Part shown: positions 12,474 to 28,459 of the stretch, piece after piece
How positions within the stretch are numbered: position 1 is the stretch's first letter
Layout of the letters: each line of letters starts with the position of its first letter
Assembly: GCA_963814375.1 (NCBI GenBank)
Contig: CAWFCQ010000005.1
Location: forward strand, 192,001-256,000
DNA: 64,000 nucleotides
Origin: an uncultured Chloroflexia bacterium
GTDB taxonomy: Bacteria; Chloroflexota; Limnocylindria; QHBO01
Direction of reading: 5' to 3'
Position numbers and translations under genes: made by a program
Notes under the pieces: generated by a model
What the model was told of the DNA's origin: nothing
The model's input: only the letters and a program-made list of their open reading frames with translations
Database searches by the model: none

Positions 12474-13633
12474 CAGGCCGGAAGGAAACAGAGGCACGCC
12501 TCCGAGGCCATCAGCCTCCCCGCCGGCGTGAGGCGCAGCCGGTCGGCGCTGATCTCGATCAGCCGATCGGTGTCAGCCTCGGCCAGCGGGCCCGCGAAGC
12601 GCTCCAGCGGATCGGCGCCGAACTCGGCGGCAAAGGCATCGCGCTCGACTCCGTCGATCCGCCGCAGGCCGAGCGCCATCGCCTCGAAGGCACGCGTCCC
12701 CTCGTCGAGCCGGTCGACGCCGGCGATCGGGCGGTGGCCGTCCTCGATCGCGGCGAGGTACTTGTCGAGGTCCCGCGCGTTCCACGAACGTTCTTCCCCG
12801 CCGTCGTACGAGTGAGCGCCTGCGCCGATGCCCGTGTACGCGGTTCGTGCCCAGTAGCCGGCGTTGTGGCGCGACTCGCGACCCGGGCGTGCCCACGAGC
12901 TGAGCTCATAGTGCCGATAGCCAGCAGCACCGAGCACCCGCTCCGCGAGCCGATACTGCTCGGCCGCGAGCCCGTCGTCCTGTCGCGGCGCCATCTGCGA
13001 CCGCCATCGCAGCGCGCCGGGTCGCGGCGGCGCAGCCCACTCGTCCGGCGCGAGCGCGAGCTGGAGCGCATAGCAGCTGACGTGGTCGGGCTCGAGCGCC
13101 ATCGCCGCCTCGAGGCCCTCCTGCCAGTCGCCGAGCGACTGACCCGGGATGCCATAGATGAGGTCGAGGCTGACGTTGTCGAACCCCGCCGCGCGCGCCG
13201 CGCCGAAGGCCGTACGCACCTCGCCGGCCGTGTGGCCGCGGGCGAGCGCCCTCAGATCGGCGTCTCGCAGCGACTGGGCGCCGAGGCTGATCCGGGTCAC
13301 TCCGGCATGCCGCAGCCCGGCCCAGTCCGGCGTCTCGCGCGTGCTCGGGTTCGCCTCCAGGGTGACCTCCTCGAGCGCCGCCGGCCATCGGTCCTTCGCC
13401 GCTGCGACGACGCGCCCGACCTGGTCGGCGCTCAGCAGCGACGGCGTCCCGCCGCCGAAGTAGATCGTGCGAAGCGCGCCCGGCGCATCGCGCAGCGCGA
13501 GCTCCGCCAGCAGCGCATCGGTGTAGCGCGGGATGTCGTCGGCCCTGCCGCCGACCGTCACGAAGTCGCAGTACGCGCACACCAGCCGGCAGAACGGCAC
13601 GTGGACGTAGAGATGGTGCGGGGCCAGATCCAT
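12473..13633 (-). CDS. hemW: Radical SAM heme chaperone HemW
   Basis: LYVHVPFCRLVCAYCDF (CxxxCxxC), YFGGGTPS, YELSSW; lepA-hemW-hrcA context. Confidence 0.92.
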   Translation of the reverse strand: MDLAPHHLYVHVPFCRLVCAYCDFVTVGGRADDIPRYTDALLAELALRDAPGALRTIYFGGGTPSLLSADQVGRVVAAAKDRWPAALEEVTLEANPSTRETPDWAGLRHAGVTRISLGAQSLRDADLRALARGHTAGEVRTAFGAARAAGFDNVSLDLIYGIPGQSLGDWQEGLEAAMALEPDHVSCYALQLALAPDEWAAPPRPGALRWRSQMAPRQDDGLAAEQYRLAERVLGAAGYRHYELSSWARPGRESRHNAGYWARTAYTGIGAGAHSYDGGEERSWNARDLDKYLAAIEDGHRPIAGVDRLDEGTRAFEAMALGLRRIDGVERDAFAAEFGADPLERFAGPLAEADTDRLIEISADRLRLTPAGRLMASEACLCFLPA

Positions 13634-13752
13634 GGTCGGAGTCTACGATCCACAGGTCGTTCAAACTGGCACAAGCGAGACAGGATGGTCGCATCGAGAC
13701 GACGACCCGGCAGCGCACAGGCTCTGATGAATACCCCAACTGACGAAGCGGC

Positions 13753-14340
13753 ATGAATTCGGCAGTCGGTCTGACGAGAGCGGGCGCGATTCTCATCGGG
13801 ATGCGGCTCATCGTTCCCGTCACCATCCTGCGTTGGCCTCTCCCCGGCGCGATCGCCTCGGCCGCCCTGGACGCCTCCGACGTGATCCTGGTCGACGTGA
13901 TCGCCAAAGCCCTGCGAACGCGTGCCGAGTTCGGGCCTGGCTATGTCCGACTCGACAAGTGGCTCGATTCGTATTACCTGGCAGTCGAGGCGATGGAGTC
14001 TCGGGGGTGGCCGGAGGTGCTTGAGCGCCGCATCGGTCTCGCCCTCGCGGTGCACCGAGTCGCAGGGGTTGCTGCATTCGAGGCAACGGGAGACCGACGG
14101 CTGCTCATGGCGTTCCCGAACCTGTTCGAGAACTTCTACTGGTATGTCCTGATCCGCCGACGGCGGGCACCGGGGCACGCCCTGAGAGGCATCGGCGAAG
14201 CGGCGCGGGCGCTGGCTGTCCTCCTAGTCCCAAAACTCGCCCAGGAGTGGCTCCTCCATGTCGCCGGGATACGCCCGTGGCAGCTCGCCAAGGCCGCAAT
14301 GGGCAGGTGGCAAGGGACGAACAGGGTCCGAACCGGGTGA
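13753..14340 (+). CDS. Hypothetical membrane protein
   Basis: 195 aa with hydrophobic segments; LDASD, DKWLD and FPNLFE motifs. Confidence 0.6.
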   Translation: MNSAVGLTRAGAILIGMRLIVPVTILRWPLPGAIASAALDASDVILVDVIAKALRTRAEFGPGYVRLDKWLDSYYLAVEAMESRGWPEVLERRIGLALAVHRVAGVAAFEATGDRRLLMAFPNLFENFYWYVLIRRRRAPGHALRGIGEAARALAVLLVPKLAQEWLLHVAGIRPWQLAKAAMGRWQGTNRVRTG

Positions 14341-14455
14341 GCCCGCCCAACGACCGTTCGGGTGCTGAGGGAGGTCGAGGTTGGGCTCGGCAGCCGGTCT
14401 CGCCCGCCCGCCGGGCGAGCCGGGCGGACGAGCGTCCCCACTCCCCCATCGGCAC

Positions 14456-15118
14456 CTAGATCGGTCGCTGCCGCAGGCGCCCTCCGGCGAACCCGAAGAG
14501 GCTCATGGTCACCGCGAAGTGGCCGACGATGGCCGGGATGATCGAGCCCGTCTCGTAGGTGACCACCCCGGCGGCCCAGCCCAGAAGCACCGAGCCGGCG
14601 AGGAAGTACCAGTCACGATCTCGCCATGCGCGCCGGTTGGCGAGGCCATAGAGCACCGCCTGGACGGCGATGGCCCAGCCCGGCGGGACACCCGCGAACA
14701 GCAGCATGCCGAGCACGATCGAGCGGAACTGAAGCTCCTCGCTGACCGCGTTGGCCGCGGCGCCCAGCACGCGCGAGGGCAGCAGCTCGATCGGGAGCGG
14801 GAGGATGCTGCCGTAGCGCAGGAACGCGAACGCCACCGCGTTGGCGATGGCGATCACCACGAAGGTCAGCATGATCGGCAGCATCTCGTCGGTCTGGCCG
14901 CCGGTGAGGAAGAGCTGCTCGCGCCCCGATGGCAGGATCACGGCGATGCCGATGGTGAAGCCGACCACGAGGATGTAGTAGCTGACCGGCCCCATCCATG
15001 GGGTCCGATAGCGGTAGTAGTCGCTCCGCACGATCCGCTCCGAGTCGAAGCGGAGAAGGACGAGGAAGATGGTCAGGCCGAGGGCGATCGCGAGCCGCAG
15101 CGATTCGAGGAAGTCCAC
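14456..15118 (-). CDS. CPBP (CAAX/Abi) family intramembrane metalloprotease-like protein
   Basis: SEELQFR (EExxxR) and [11 protein letters not shown]; multi-TM. Confidence 0.8.
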   Translation of the reverse strand: MDFLESLRLAIALGLTIFLVLLRFDSERIVRSDYYRYRTPWMGPVSYYILVVGFTIGIAVILPSGREQLFLTGGQTDEMLPIMLTFVVIAIANAVAFAFLRYGSILPLPIELLPSRVLGAAANAVSEELQFRSIVLGMLLFAGVPPGWAIAVQAVLYGLANRRAWRDRDWYFLAGSVLLGWAAGVVTYETGSIIPAIVGHFAVTMSLFGFAGGRLRQRPI

Positions 15119-16933
<1,815 letters not shown>

Positions 16934-16984
16934 GGCGGCGAGTCTAGCGGAGCACCGCCGGCATCACCGCTGCGGCTGGCGGGG

Positions 16985-18901
16985 TCAGCCTCCGGGCGTC
17001 GCGGGCGGGGCGTCGCCGGTGCCGGCGGTCGCGGTGTCGTCGTCCGCCGGCGGGGCGGCCGAAGCGGCCGTCGGGCCGACTGCCGTGATGCCGTTCACCG
17101 TGCGGTAGGAGCTGAAGTACGTGTTCTGGTGCAGGAGCGAGCCGTCGGCGGCGTAGACGTAGCGGGTGCGAGTCACGTCGTGACCGTTGTGGGGGAACTC
17201 GACGCGGCGCGCCGTGCCGGGGGCCATCGACGGGTCGACCACCCTCGTCTCGGTCGCGGTGCGGTGGTTGCTCGTGGCCGGGTCGGTCAGCACCACGCTG
17301 CGCCCGGTCGGGACAGTCCAGATCTGGAAGGTGACGAACCCGTTGCCGCCGAAGCCACGGATGACGATCGGGTTGGCGGTGTCGTTGCGGAACGTCATGT
17401 CCTGGACCCAGTTGTCGTCCATGTAGACCGTCGCGTCGAGCCCGTCGGGATAGCGATCGATGTAGTAGTAGTGGTTGGCCCGGATCCCCATCTCGAGCCC
17501 GGCCCGCAGCGCCGCGTTGAATACCGTGGTCGAGGTTGAGCAGATGCCGCCGCCGATCGCGCCGCCACGAACGCTGCGCCCGCCGATGATGACGCCGCCG
17601 TACTGGAAGCCACGCTCGACCGTGACCGGCCCGATGGAGTCCCAGAAGCTGAACCACTCGCCCGGCACGAGGTTGCGACCGTCGATGTCGAAGGCCGGGA
17701 TGTTGATGTTGTTGCCGAACCCGTTGCCCTCGCCGGGAACGTAGTTCGTCGTCCAGCTGGAGACGAGCTGCATCTGGGGTCGCGCCGCCGTCGCCTCGGC
17801 CGTGGTCAGCGCGGGCTCCGTGACCTGGACGGCCATCGCCAGCGACGCCGCCGATGTGCCTCCCGCCCGCTCCCTCAGCGTCGCCAGCAGCGCTGACGCC
17901 GTCTCGTCGACGATGAGCTCGCGACCGTCCTGGCCGGCGATCACCCCGCCGAGCCCGCCGCCGGCCGCGACGGCAATCTGCGCGTTGACCGGATTGCGAT
18001 CGACCTTGCCCTCGAGGGCGGCAACCGCGTCGGTCAGGGCTCCGGCGTCGATGCGCGCGGCGTAGTGCTGCTCGCCCTCGGGCCCGAAGCTCAGCCAGGC
18101 GGCGATGGTCGCGGGCGCGATCGTAAGAGGCTCCTCGCCCTCGGCGCCGGCGATCGTCAGCGCGAGCGGGGTGGCCATCGCGGTCGCGGCATCCGCGGCG
18201 GCCTGCGCCATCGGCGTGTCGACGATCGGCGGTACGACGGCCGCCTCGAGAGCCACGGTCACATCGTCGGGGCTGGCGGTGTCGACGGCCGCCGCCAGCG
18301 CTGTGGAGACCTCCTCGGCCCCGAGCTTGACTCCCTCCTCGGACGGCCTCACGTTGAAAGCTGTGCCGTCCGGGGTCACGGCCGCCTCGAGCGGCGGGTG
18401 GCTCACATCGCTGGCGATGTCGTCGGCGATTGCAGCCAGGGCATCGGTGTCGTACGGGTGGACGATGACCGGCAACGCGGTCTGATGCGCCAGGGTCCGC
18501 AAGCGGCCGATGCCGTCGGCGAGCGGATCTCCGCCGCGGCCGACGGCGAAGGCGGCGTCGAGCATCTGGTCCATCTCGTAGCCGCGCCCCAGGTCGGCGA
18601 AGGCGACGGTGGTCTCGGTTCCGTCGACCACCACGACGGCCTCCCCGGCGTCGAGCACCGGAAGCTCGGCGGTAAGGCGCTCCGCGGCGGCAGCGCGATC
18701 GAGACCGGCGATATCGACCCCGCCGACGCTCACGCCGGCCATGGCGTTCTGCCCAGTGGTCAGCGCAACGGCCACCGATGTGCCGAGGAGGACGAGGAGG
18801 CCGACGATCATCGTCCCGCCGAATCCGACGAGCAACGAACGCCGCGCGAGGGGCGTGGCCACCGGTCGCATGAAGCGGCGGGGCAGGGTGGCGGTGGTCA
18901 T
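16985..18901 (-). CDS. VanW-family protein with N-terminal TM and peptidoglycan-binding-type repeats
   Basis: TM anchor; C-terminal FSFW..GP, GGGICSTSTTVFNAA, GLDATV and FRNDT. Start taken at MTTAT. Confidence 0.85.
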   Translation of the reverse strand: MTTATLPRRFMRPVATPLARRSLLVGFGGTMIVGLLVLLGTSVAVALTTGQNAMAGVSVGGVDIAGLDRAAAAERLTAELPVLDAGEAVVVVDGTETTVAFADLGRGYEMDQMLDAAFAVGRGGDPLADGIGRLRTLAHQTALPVIVHPYDTDALAAIADDIASDVSHPPLEAAVTPDGTAFNVRPSEEGVKLGAEEVSTALAAAVDTASPDDVTVALEAAVVPPIVDTPMAQAAADAATAMATPLALTIAGAEGEEPLTIAPATIAAWLSFGPEGEQHYAARIDAGALTDAVAALEGKVDRNPVNAQIAVAAGGGLGGVIAGQDGRELIVDETASALLATLRERAGGTSAASLAMAVQVTEPALTTAEATAARPQMQLVSSWTTNYVPGEGNGFGNNINIPAFDIDGRNLVPGEWFSFWDSIGPVTVERGFQYGGVIIGGRSVRGGAIGGGICSTSTTVFNAALRAGLEMGIRANHYYYIDRYPDGLDATVYMDDNWVQDMTFRNDTANPIVIRGFGGNGFVTFQIWTVPTGRSVVLTDPATSNHRTATETRVVDPSMAPGTARRVEFPHNGHDVTRTRYVYAADGSLLHQNTYFSSYRTVNGITAVGPTAASAAPPADDDTATAGTGDAPPATPGG

Positions 18902-19206
18902 GAGGTCTGGCTCGGGAGACGCGCGAGGATCCGCGATCGTTGCGTCGATCGGAAGGCGTCGCACCTCGTGGATCGGCGACATCCGGCGGCGGACCGGACA
19001 TCTCCCAGGCTCGATTGTCTCTCCGATGCGGACCCGTGCGGCGCCAGGGCCGAAGCGCCGATGGCGGTCGCGCGGATTGTCGCCGCTCGGCGCCCATACG
19101 TCCAGTCGCCCATTCGTCGTGCCGCTGCTATACTCCCGACTCCGCCGGCGCTCCCGTCAGTGGCGAGCCCGCGCGCGTTGGATTACATCTGATCTGAGGA
19201 CCATAC

Positions 19207-22231
<3,025 letters not shown>

Positions 22232-22237
22232 CGGGGC

Positions 22238-23248
22238 CTAGAGCCGCTCGGCCATGAACGCGGCCAGGTCGGCGACCCGGCTCGAGTACCCCCACTCGTT
22301 GTCGTACCAGGCGATGACCTTCAGCAGCCGATCGCCAGTCACCATCGTCGAGGCCCCGTCGACGATGCTCGAACGGTCGTCGCCCTTGAAGTCCATGCTG
22401 ACCAGCTCCTCGCTGGTGAAGCCGAGCAGGCCCTGCATCGGTCCGTCCGCAGCCGCGCGAAGCGCCTCGTTGGCGGACTCGGCGCTGACGGGGCGCTCGG
22501 TGATCGCGACGAAGTCGATCACGCTTACGGTCGGCGTCGGAACGCGCAGTGAGAACCCGTCGAACTTTCCCTTGAGCTCGGGTATGACGAGGGCCAGCGC
22601 CTTCGCGGCGCCCGTGGAGGTCGGGATGATGTTCTGGCCCGCGCTTCGGGCGCGACGCAGATCCTTGTGGAAGACGTCGAGCACGTTCTGGTCGTTGGTG
22701 TAGCTGTGGACCGTCGTCATCAGGCCGTGCTCGATGCCGAACGAGTCGAAAATGACCTTGGCCGGCAGCGCCAGCCCGTTGGTCGTGCAGCTGGCGTTGC
22801 TGACGACGTGATGGCGCTCGGGATCGTAGGCGTCCTCGTTCACGCCGAGCACGAGCGTGACATCCTCGTTCTTGGCAGGCGCCGAGATGATCACCTTCTT
22901 CGCGCCGGCCTCGCGGTGCGCGGCGGCCTTCGTCGCATCGGTGAAGATGCCGGTCGACTCGACGACGATGTCGACACCGAGGTCCGCCCACGGCAGCGCC
23001 GCCGGGTCCTTCTCGCTGAACGACCTGATCGAGTGGCCGTCGACGATGATCTCGTTCTCGCCCGCTGTGACCTCGCCGTCGAAGCGGCCGTAGGTCGAGT
23101 CGTACTTGAACAGGTGGGCGTTCGTCTCGTCGTCCGCCAGATCGTTGATGGCGACGACCTCGAGCGCGTCCGGGTGGCGCTCCAGGACCGCCTTGAGCGT
23201 CTGGCGGCCGATGCGGCCGAAGCCATTGATGCCGATCCGGGTCGTCAC
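22238..23248 (-). CDS. gap: Type I glyceraldehyde-3-phosphate dehydrogenase
   Basis: [27 protein letters not shown]. Confidence 0.99.
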   Translation of the reverse strand: MTTRIGINGFGRIGRQTLKAVLERHPDALEVVAINDLADDETNAHLFKYDSTYGRFDGEVTAGENEIIVDGHSIRSFSEKDPAALPWADLGVDIVVESTGIFTDATKAAAHREAGAKKVIISAPAKNEDVTLVLGVNEDAYDPERHHVVSNASCTTNGLALPAKVIFDSFGIEHGLMTTVHSYTNDQNVLDVFHKDLRRARSAGQNIIPTSTGAAKALALVIPELKGKFDGFSLRVPTPTVSVIDFVAITERPVSAESANEALRAAADGPMQGLLGFTSEELVSMDFKGDDRSSIVDGASTMVTGDRLLKVIAWYDNEWGYSSRVADLAAFMAERL

Positions 23249-24306
23249 GAAGAGGGTGCTCCTTGCTGCATGGCGGCCGTTCGAGACCGATGCGACCCGG
23301 TCAGGTAGGCCGGATCGCCGAGGCGATCATTGACGATCGGCAGGCTGCCGATCAGCGAGACATCGGCGCCAAGCTCGGCCGGCTCGATGCGCACATTGTC
23401 GAGATGGATCGGGAACGCGCGGCGGCGAAGCTCCTCGCGTGCGACCACGAAGAGGCGCGGGTGGTGCTCGGCGATGCTGCCGCCGATGACGATCACCTCC
23501 GGCTCGAGCAGGTTGACGAGCGTCGCACACGTTGCGCCGATCGCGACCCATGCCCGTTCGAGCAGGGCGGCGGACGCGACATCCCCCTCCTCCGCCGCTC
23601 GTGCCACGAGCTCGGCGTCGACCTCGGCCCCCTCTGCCGCGAGCCGACCCAGCGGCGTCCCATCGGCGGCGCCGCTCTCGACCAGAGCGCGACCCTCGCG
23701 AGCGAGCGCGGTTCCCGAGGCAATCGCCTCCACGTGTCCATATCCGCCGCAGCCGCACTGCGGGCCGTCGAGATCGACGGTCATGTGCCCGATCTCGCCG
23801 GCCTTTCCGCCGGGGCCCACCTGGGGACGTCCGTCGACGATGATGCCGCCACCGATGCCGGTCGAGACCGTGATGTAGATGGCATTGCGCGTGCCGCGGG
23901 CGGCGCCGTACCGCCATTCGGCCATGACCGCCACGTTGGTGTCACGCTCCAGAAAGGCCGGCATGTCGAGGCCATCGGCGAGGCGCGCACCGAGCGGGAT
24001 CTCGCTCCATCCGGCGAGGTTGGGCGGCGAGATGACGACGCCACGCCAGGGGTCGAGCGGCCCGGGAGACGAGATGCCGACGCCGACCGGAGCCGGAAGG
24101 CCCTGGCCCGCCGCGTCGTCACGCACCGTCGCGGCGGCATCCACGATCCTGGCGATGACGGACTCGATCCCCTCCTCGTCATCGGTCGGCACCGCGCGCC
24201 GAGCATGAACGCTCCGATCGGGGGTAATGAGGGCCGCGCGGATCTGGGTGCCGCCGAGATCGACCGCCAGGACCGGCCGTTCGGCTGAGCTCTCCACCAC
24301 GTTCAT
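23245..24306 (-). CDS. ROK-family sugar kinase (glucokinase-like)
   Basis: [27 protein letters not shown]; first gene of the gap operon. Start uncertain. Confidence 0.9.
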   Translation of the reverse strand: MNVVESSAERPVLAVDLGGTQIRAALITPDRSVHARRAVPTDDEEGIESVIARIVDAAATVRDDAAGQGLPAPVGVGISSPGPLDPWRGVVISPPNLAGWSEIPLGARLADGLDMPAFLERDTNVAVMAEWRYGAARGTRNAIYITVSTGIGGGIIVDGRPQVGPGGKAGEIGHMTVDLDGPQCGCGGYGHVEAIASGTALAREGRALVESGAADGTPLGRLAAEGAEVDAELVARAAEEGDVASAALLERAWVAIGATCATLVNLLEPEVIVIGGSIAEHHPRLFVVAREELRRRAFPIHLDNVRIEPAELGADVSLIGSLPIVNDRLGDPAYLTGSHRSRTAAMQQGAPSS

Positions 24307-24350
24307 TCTAGCCGCCTCCGGGGCCGGAGCCCGCAGCGCGGACAACGAGA

Positions 24351-24380
24351 AGGCGCGCCGGCAGGAGTGCCGACGCGCCT
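24351..24380 (-). terminator. Hairpin downstream of the small zinc-ribbon gene
   Basis: AGGCGCGCCGGCA-GGAG-TGCCGACGCGCCT, followed on the minus strand by TCTCGTTGT. Confidence 0.6.
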
Positions 24381-24405
24381 CAATGCGCTCGAGAAGTACG
24401 GGGCG

Positions 24406-24549
24406 TCAGCCGCCGATCTTGAACATCTTGGTGCCGCAGACCGGGCAGGTGCCCTGTGTCGCCGGCTTGCCATTCTTCATGGTGATCTTGGTCGCGTCCT
24501 GCATGTCGCGCTTCGCCTTGCACTTGACGCAGTATGCCTCGGTCGCCAT
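24406..24549 (-). CDS. Small zinc-ribbon protein (DUF5679-like), 47 aa
   Basis: MATEAYCVKCKAKR..KNGKPATQGTCPVCGTKMFKIGG with two CxxC motifs; strong AAGGAGG RBS. Confidence 0.85.
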   Translation of the reverse strand: MATEAYCVKCKAKRDMQDATKITMKNGKPATQGTCPVCGTKMFKIGG

Positions 24550-24601
24550 TGGTGCTCGTGCCTCCTTGTGGCCGGCAATCGTCGCCGGACAATGCCTTTT
24601 G

Positions 24602-25447
24602 CTACCCGCCAGTCGATCGATCAGACCTCCGCGACAGGGCGTTGATCTCCCCGCCATCGGTGTCGACCTGCCACAGCAGGTGGATGCCGGCCAGTCCGGC
24701 ATCGATGCAGCGTGCCTCCGCGGCCTCCTTCGCCGCGCCTTCGAGGAACGTGCCGTCCGTCCGCTGTGCGTAGGCCGCACAAACGGTGCCGGACCGCAGT
24801 CCCGCAAGATGAGCCAGCACGAAGAGTGCCGACGACTCCATCTCGAGGTTCGCCACACGCTGGCGGCGAAGCTCGTCTGCGAGATCAGGATAACGAACGG
24901 GGAGCGTGCGCATCGCACGTCCCTGCGGAGCGTAAAACCCGCTGGCCGTCGCTGTCAGGCCCAGGTGGTGGCGAAACTCCAGCCGAATACATGCCGCCTC
25001 CAGTGCCGAGACGACATCCCGGTGGGCAATCGCCGGGAACCCGGGGTGGACGTAGAAGTCGGTCGTGTTCTCCAGGCGCACGGCGCCCGTCGACACGATG
25101 AGGTCCCCGAGCTCGATCTCCGGCTGCAGCGCGCCGGAGGAGCCGATGCGGATGAAGGTGGCGGCGTCGGTGATCTCCATCACCTCGGCAAGCACGATCT
25201 CGACGTTGTCGGTGCCCATCCCGGTCGACATGCAGCTGACGCGCATGCCGCGATAGGTTCCGGTGGCGGTCGTGATCTCGCGGTTGCTTCGCTCGAGCTC
25301 GATCGCATCCCAGCGTGACGAGACCTTCGCCACTCGTCCGGGGTCGCCGACGAGGAGCACGTATTCGGACAGCTCGCCGCGCTCGAGGCCGATGTGGTAC
25401 TGGCGCTCACCGGTCTTCGGCGCGTCTGCCTGGGTCAGCTGGGTCAA
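24602..25447 (-). CDS. udp: Uridine/nucleoside phosphorylase
   Basis: QYHIGL, GDPGRV, STGMG, RIGSSGALQ, EMESSALF. TTG start inferred. Confidence 0.88.
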   Translation of the reverse strand: MTQLTQADAPKTGERQYHIGLERGELSEYVLLVGDPGRVAKVSSRWDAIELERSNREITTATGTYRGMRVSCMSTGMGTDNVEIVLAEVMEITDAATFIRIGSSGALQPEIELGDLIVSTGAVRLENTTDFYVHPGFPAIAHRDVVSALEAACIRLEFRHHLGLTATASGFYAPQGRAMRTLPVRYPDLADELRRQRVANLEMESSALFVLAHLAGLRSGTVCAAYAQRTDGTFLEGAAKEAAEARCIDAGLAGIHLLWQVDTDGGEINALSRRSDRSTGG

Positions 25448-25495
25448 GACCCGCCCTCGTGCGTGAACGCGCGGGAGTATACGCCGCACGCACGC

Positions 25496-28355
25496 TCACG
25501 GGCCGCGCTCGCGCGGCAGCCCCACGAGCGTGAGCCGAGGCGGTTCGTCATCGTCCGCAGAGCTCGGTGCCGACGCCGCCTCGCCCGACCCGGCCGCCAG
25601 CGGCGGCGTTCCCTGATGTCGCCAGGCAAGAGTGCCCGCGATCGTGACCAGCGCTGCGATGCCCAGCAACCCGGCGGCGAGGACGTTCCCGGCGCCCTGT
25701 CCATGCAGGCTGGCGGCAGCCTGGGCGGCAGCGCCGTCCACCGTGCCCTTCCCGATCGAGTCGCTCCCACGGGATCGCAGGAGCGCCGGAGCGGGACGCA
25801 GGCCACCGCACGGGACCAGGATGCGCCCCGGGTCACTCAGGCCGATGCCGGTCACGGCGGCCACGCCACTCGGCCGACGCTGCTCGTCACCGCACCTGAT
25901 GTCGAGCGCGACCCCGAGCCGCTCGAGATGGAGCGTCGGCTGCCGCGCGGGTCCGGCGACACGGCCCACGACGGCGACCCACGCCGGGGATGCGCCCGGC
26001 GAGAGCGAGGCACGTGGGCTTGCCGGCTGAGCCGTGCCGAGAAGGACGTCGTCCGGCTCGGTGCCGAGTGCCACCAGGGTGAGCCCCGTGACGGCGTGCG
26101 TGCCGACGCGTCGAAGTCCCTCGAGCTCGACGGCCACCGGTGGTCGCCGCGGGCCGAGGACCGCCCGGAGGCGCTGGAGAGAACCACGCTCGATGGCGAC
26201 GAGTCGCGCCCCGTCCCAGAGGAGCCCGGCCAGGCCGAGCTCCGGCCACGGCGCGACGACCAGGGTGGCCCCGATGCGCAGGCCATCCGCACCGGCGACA
26301 TCCAGCGCGTCGAGCCCCGCCGTCGGTTCACCCGAGGCCGGCCCGCCGTCATCGGATGACCCGGCGGAGCCGGATGGGCCGCCGGTCGCGCCCGCGACGA
26401 TGCGAAGGTCCGTGGTGCTCCGCGGCCAGACCCGGTAGCCACGCAGGGGCTGCGCCCCGGTCGTCTCCTGTCCCAGCGCGCCGACCACCTCGACCCACGC
26501 GCCGGCCACGAGGGAGTCGCGCTCGGCGCCGATCGCCGCTGAGACCGCGATCCGGAGCGGTCCGCTGCCGTCGTCGATCTCGAACGAGACGCTGCCACTC
26601 GATGCCTTTCGCGCGTTCGCGACCAGGGCGCCGCGCACCGTGACGAGGTGCGCCTCGAGCGCCTCCGCCGCGCTCCCGGTGCGGATCCGAGCCGGCGACG
26701 GAGGACTGCCCGATCCGATCTTGATCGGCGCCTCCGTCACGCGAATCGTCTCCATCCCGCTCTTCGTCGATCTCGTGCCGGCCACCTCCAAAAGCTGCCC
26801 CAGGGTCAGCCGGCCGACGTCATCGCCAAGCCGCAGCAGGATGGCGCCCGATCCGTCCTGGATGATTGCGGACGACTCGTCGACGACGCCGGTGGGAAGC
26901 GTCACGACGCCGCGCACGCGGGCACGGGCGTTCTTCGGGAGGGCTCGGGCGCCCTCGATGGTCAGCAGCGCGCCGGGGGCGGCGGACGACGCCGGGCTTT
27001 CGGTCGGGGAACCGGGCGGAATCGGGGTCGCTGTCGGGGAGCCGGGCTCGATGCGCATGATGTCGGCGGCGTCGCGCGGCATCACGCGATACCCCGCGGT
27101 GCCCGAGCCGGACGAGTCGCGCTGACCGGCGACCCCATTGAGCTCGAGCCCGACGCCGGCCTTCCAGATGGTGGTGTCGATCCCCGTGTCCGTGCCGACC
27201 AGCACGCGAGTCGGCCCGGATCCGTCGTCGACATCGAACGCCACGCCCGTGGTCAGGGTGGTCGCGCCGCCGATGATCGTCCCGGCGATACGCACCAGCT
27301 CCCCCTCGGCCTCCTCGCCAACCGACCCCGTCGGCACGAGCAGGGGTGCCGGGGCGGTTCCCGGCCCGACACGTCACGACGGCCTGACCATCGGCGCGCA
27401 GGGTGCGCTGGGCGAAGCGGTCGTCGATCTCGCCGGTGATGCGAAGCAGCGTGCCGCGCGTGAAGGCGCCATCGGTGACGAGCACCGCGATGCCGCCGCT
27501 GGCGTCGGCCACGAAGCCTCCCCCATCGTGGAAGCCGGACCCCGTGAGCGCGACGCCCTCGATCGTCAGCTCGGTCCCGTCGGCTGCCGAGCGCGCCGCG
27601 GCGATCGGCGTGGCGGGGGGCGGGATCGGCGTGGGCTCCGGTGGGACTGGAGTCGGGATGGGTGTTGGGACGGGCGGGATCGGCGTCGAGACCGGGTCGC
27701 CGCCGCCGGGCGCCGGGGTCGGCGGCGAGGTGAGGTTCTGTGGCTCGGGGACCACGCGCGCCACGAAGTCGGACGCGTTGTCGTCGGTGTCGTGTGACGA
27801 CCCGAGGTCTCCGCCCGGCAGCCGCTCGATGCTGCTACCGGCGTCCGGGACGACGGAAGAGTTTCCCTCGCGCCAGGTGCTGGTGGCCGTGCCCCATCCG
27901 ACGGCGTCGATCGCCGATGTTGCGCCCATGATCCGAATGGCGACGCTCCCGCCAGTCGCAGCCATACCGCTGGCGTAGAGCGCATCGGCGATCGGGGCGA
28001 AGGCACCGGCCTCGTTGGCGACGAGCACGTGTCCGCCCGGTGGGACGCTCGGGGCGCCGGCGTCCCACGCGGTCCGGCGGCTGATCGTCGCCCCGCTGGC
28101 AGTGACGTAGATCAGCTCCAGGCCTTCGAGCGGCAGCGACGACGCGGTGGGGTTGTGGAGCTCGATCAGCTCGTCCGATGCGCTCGCACCGCCGGTAACG
28201 ACCTCGCTGACCACGAGATGGTCCGCGGGCGCCGCGGTCGCGCCACCCGGAAGACCGAAAGGGATCGACAGGCTGCCGAGGACGATCAGGGCCAGGATCC
28301 AGGCGCGAGCGCGTCGGGATTGCAGGCGGGGCGAAGGCTGGACGGCAACGGGCAT
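25496..28355 (-). CDS. Secreted, C-terminally anchored protein: lamin-tail domain, Pro-rich linker and OB-fold repeats; apparent frameshift near 27370
   Basis: Signal peptide; HLVVSEV..DELIELHNP (lamin-tail domain); repeated 'V.V.G...D(D/G)SG..I' OB-like units; C-terminal TM followed by WRH. Confidence 0.75.
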
Positions 28356-28459
28356 GGCACACCTCGGTCGGAGGCGCGCAGGATGGGCAGCATCGCCGTT
28401 GCACGGTTACCGTGCGCTTACGGTCCGCTTATCGTCCGCTCCCGGTACAATCCCGCCCC

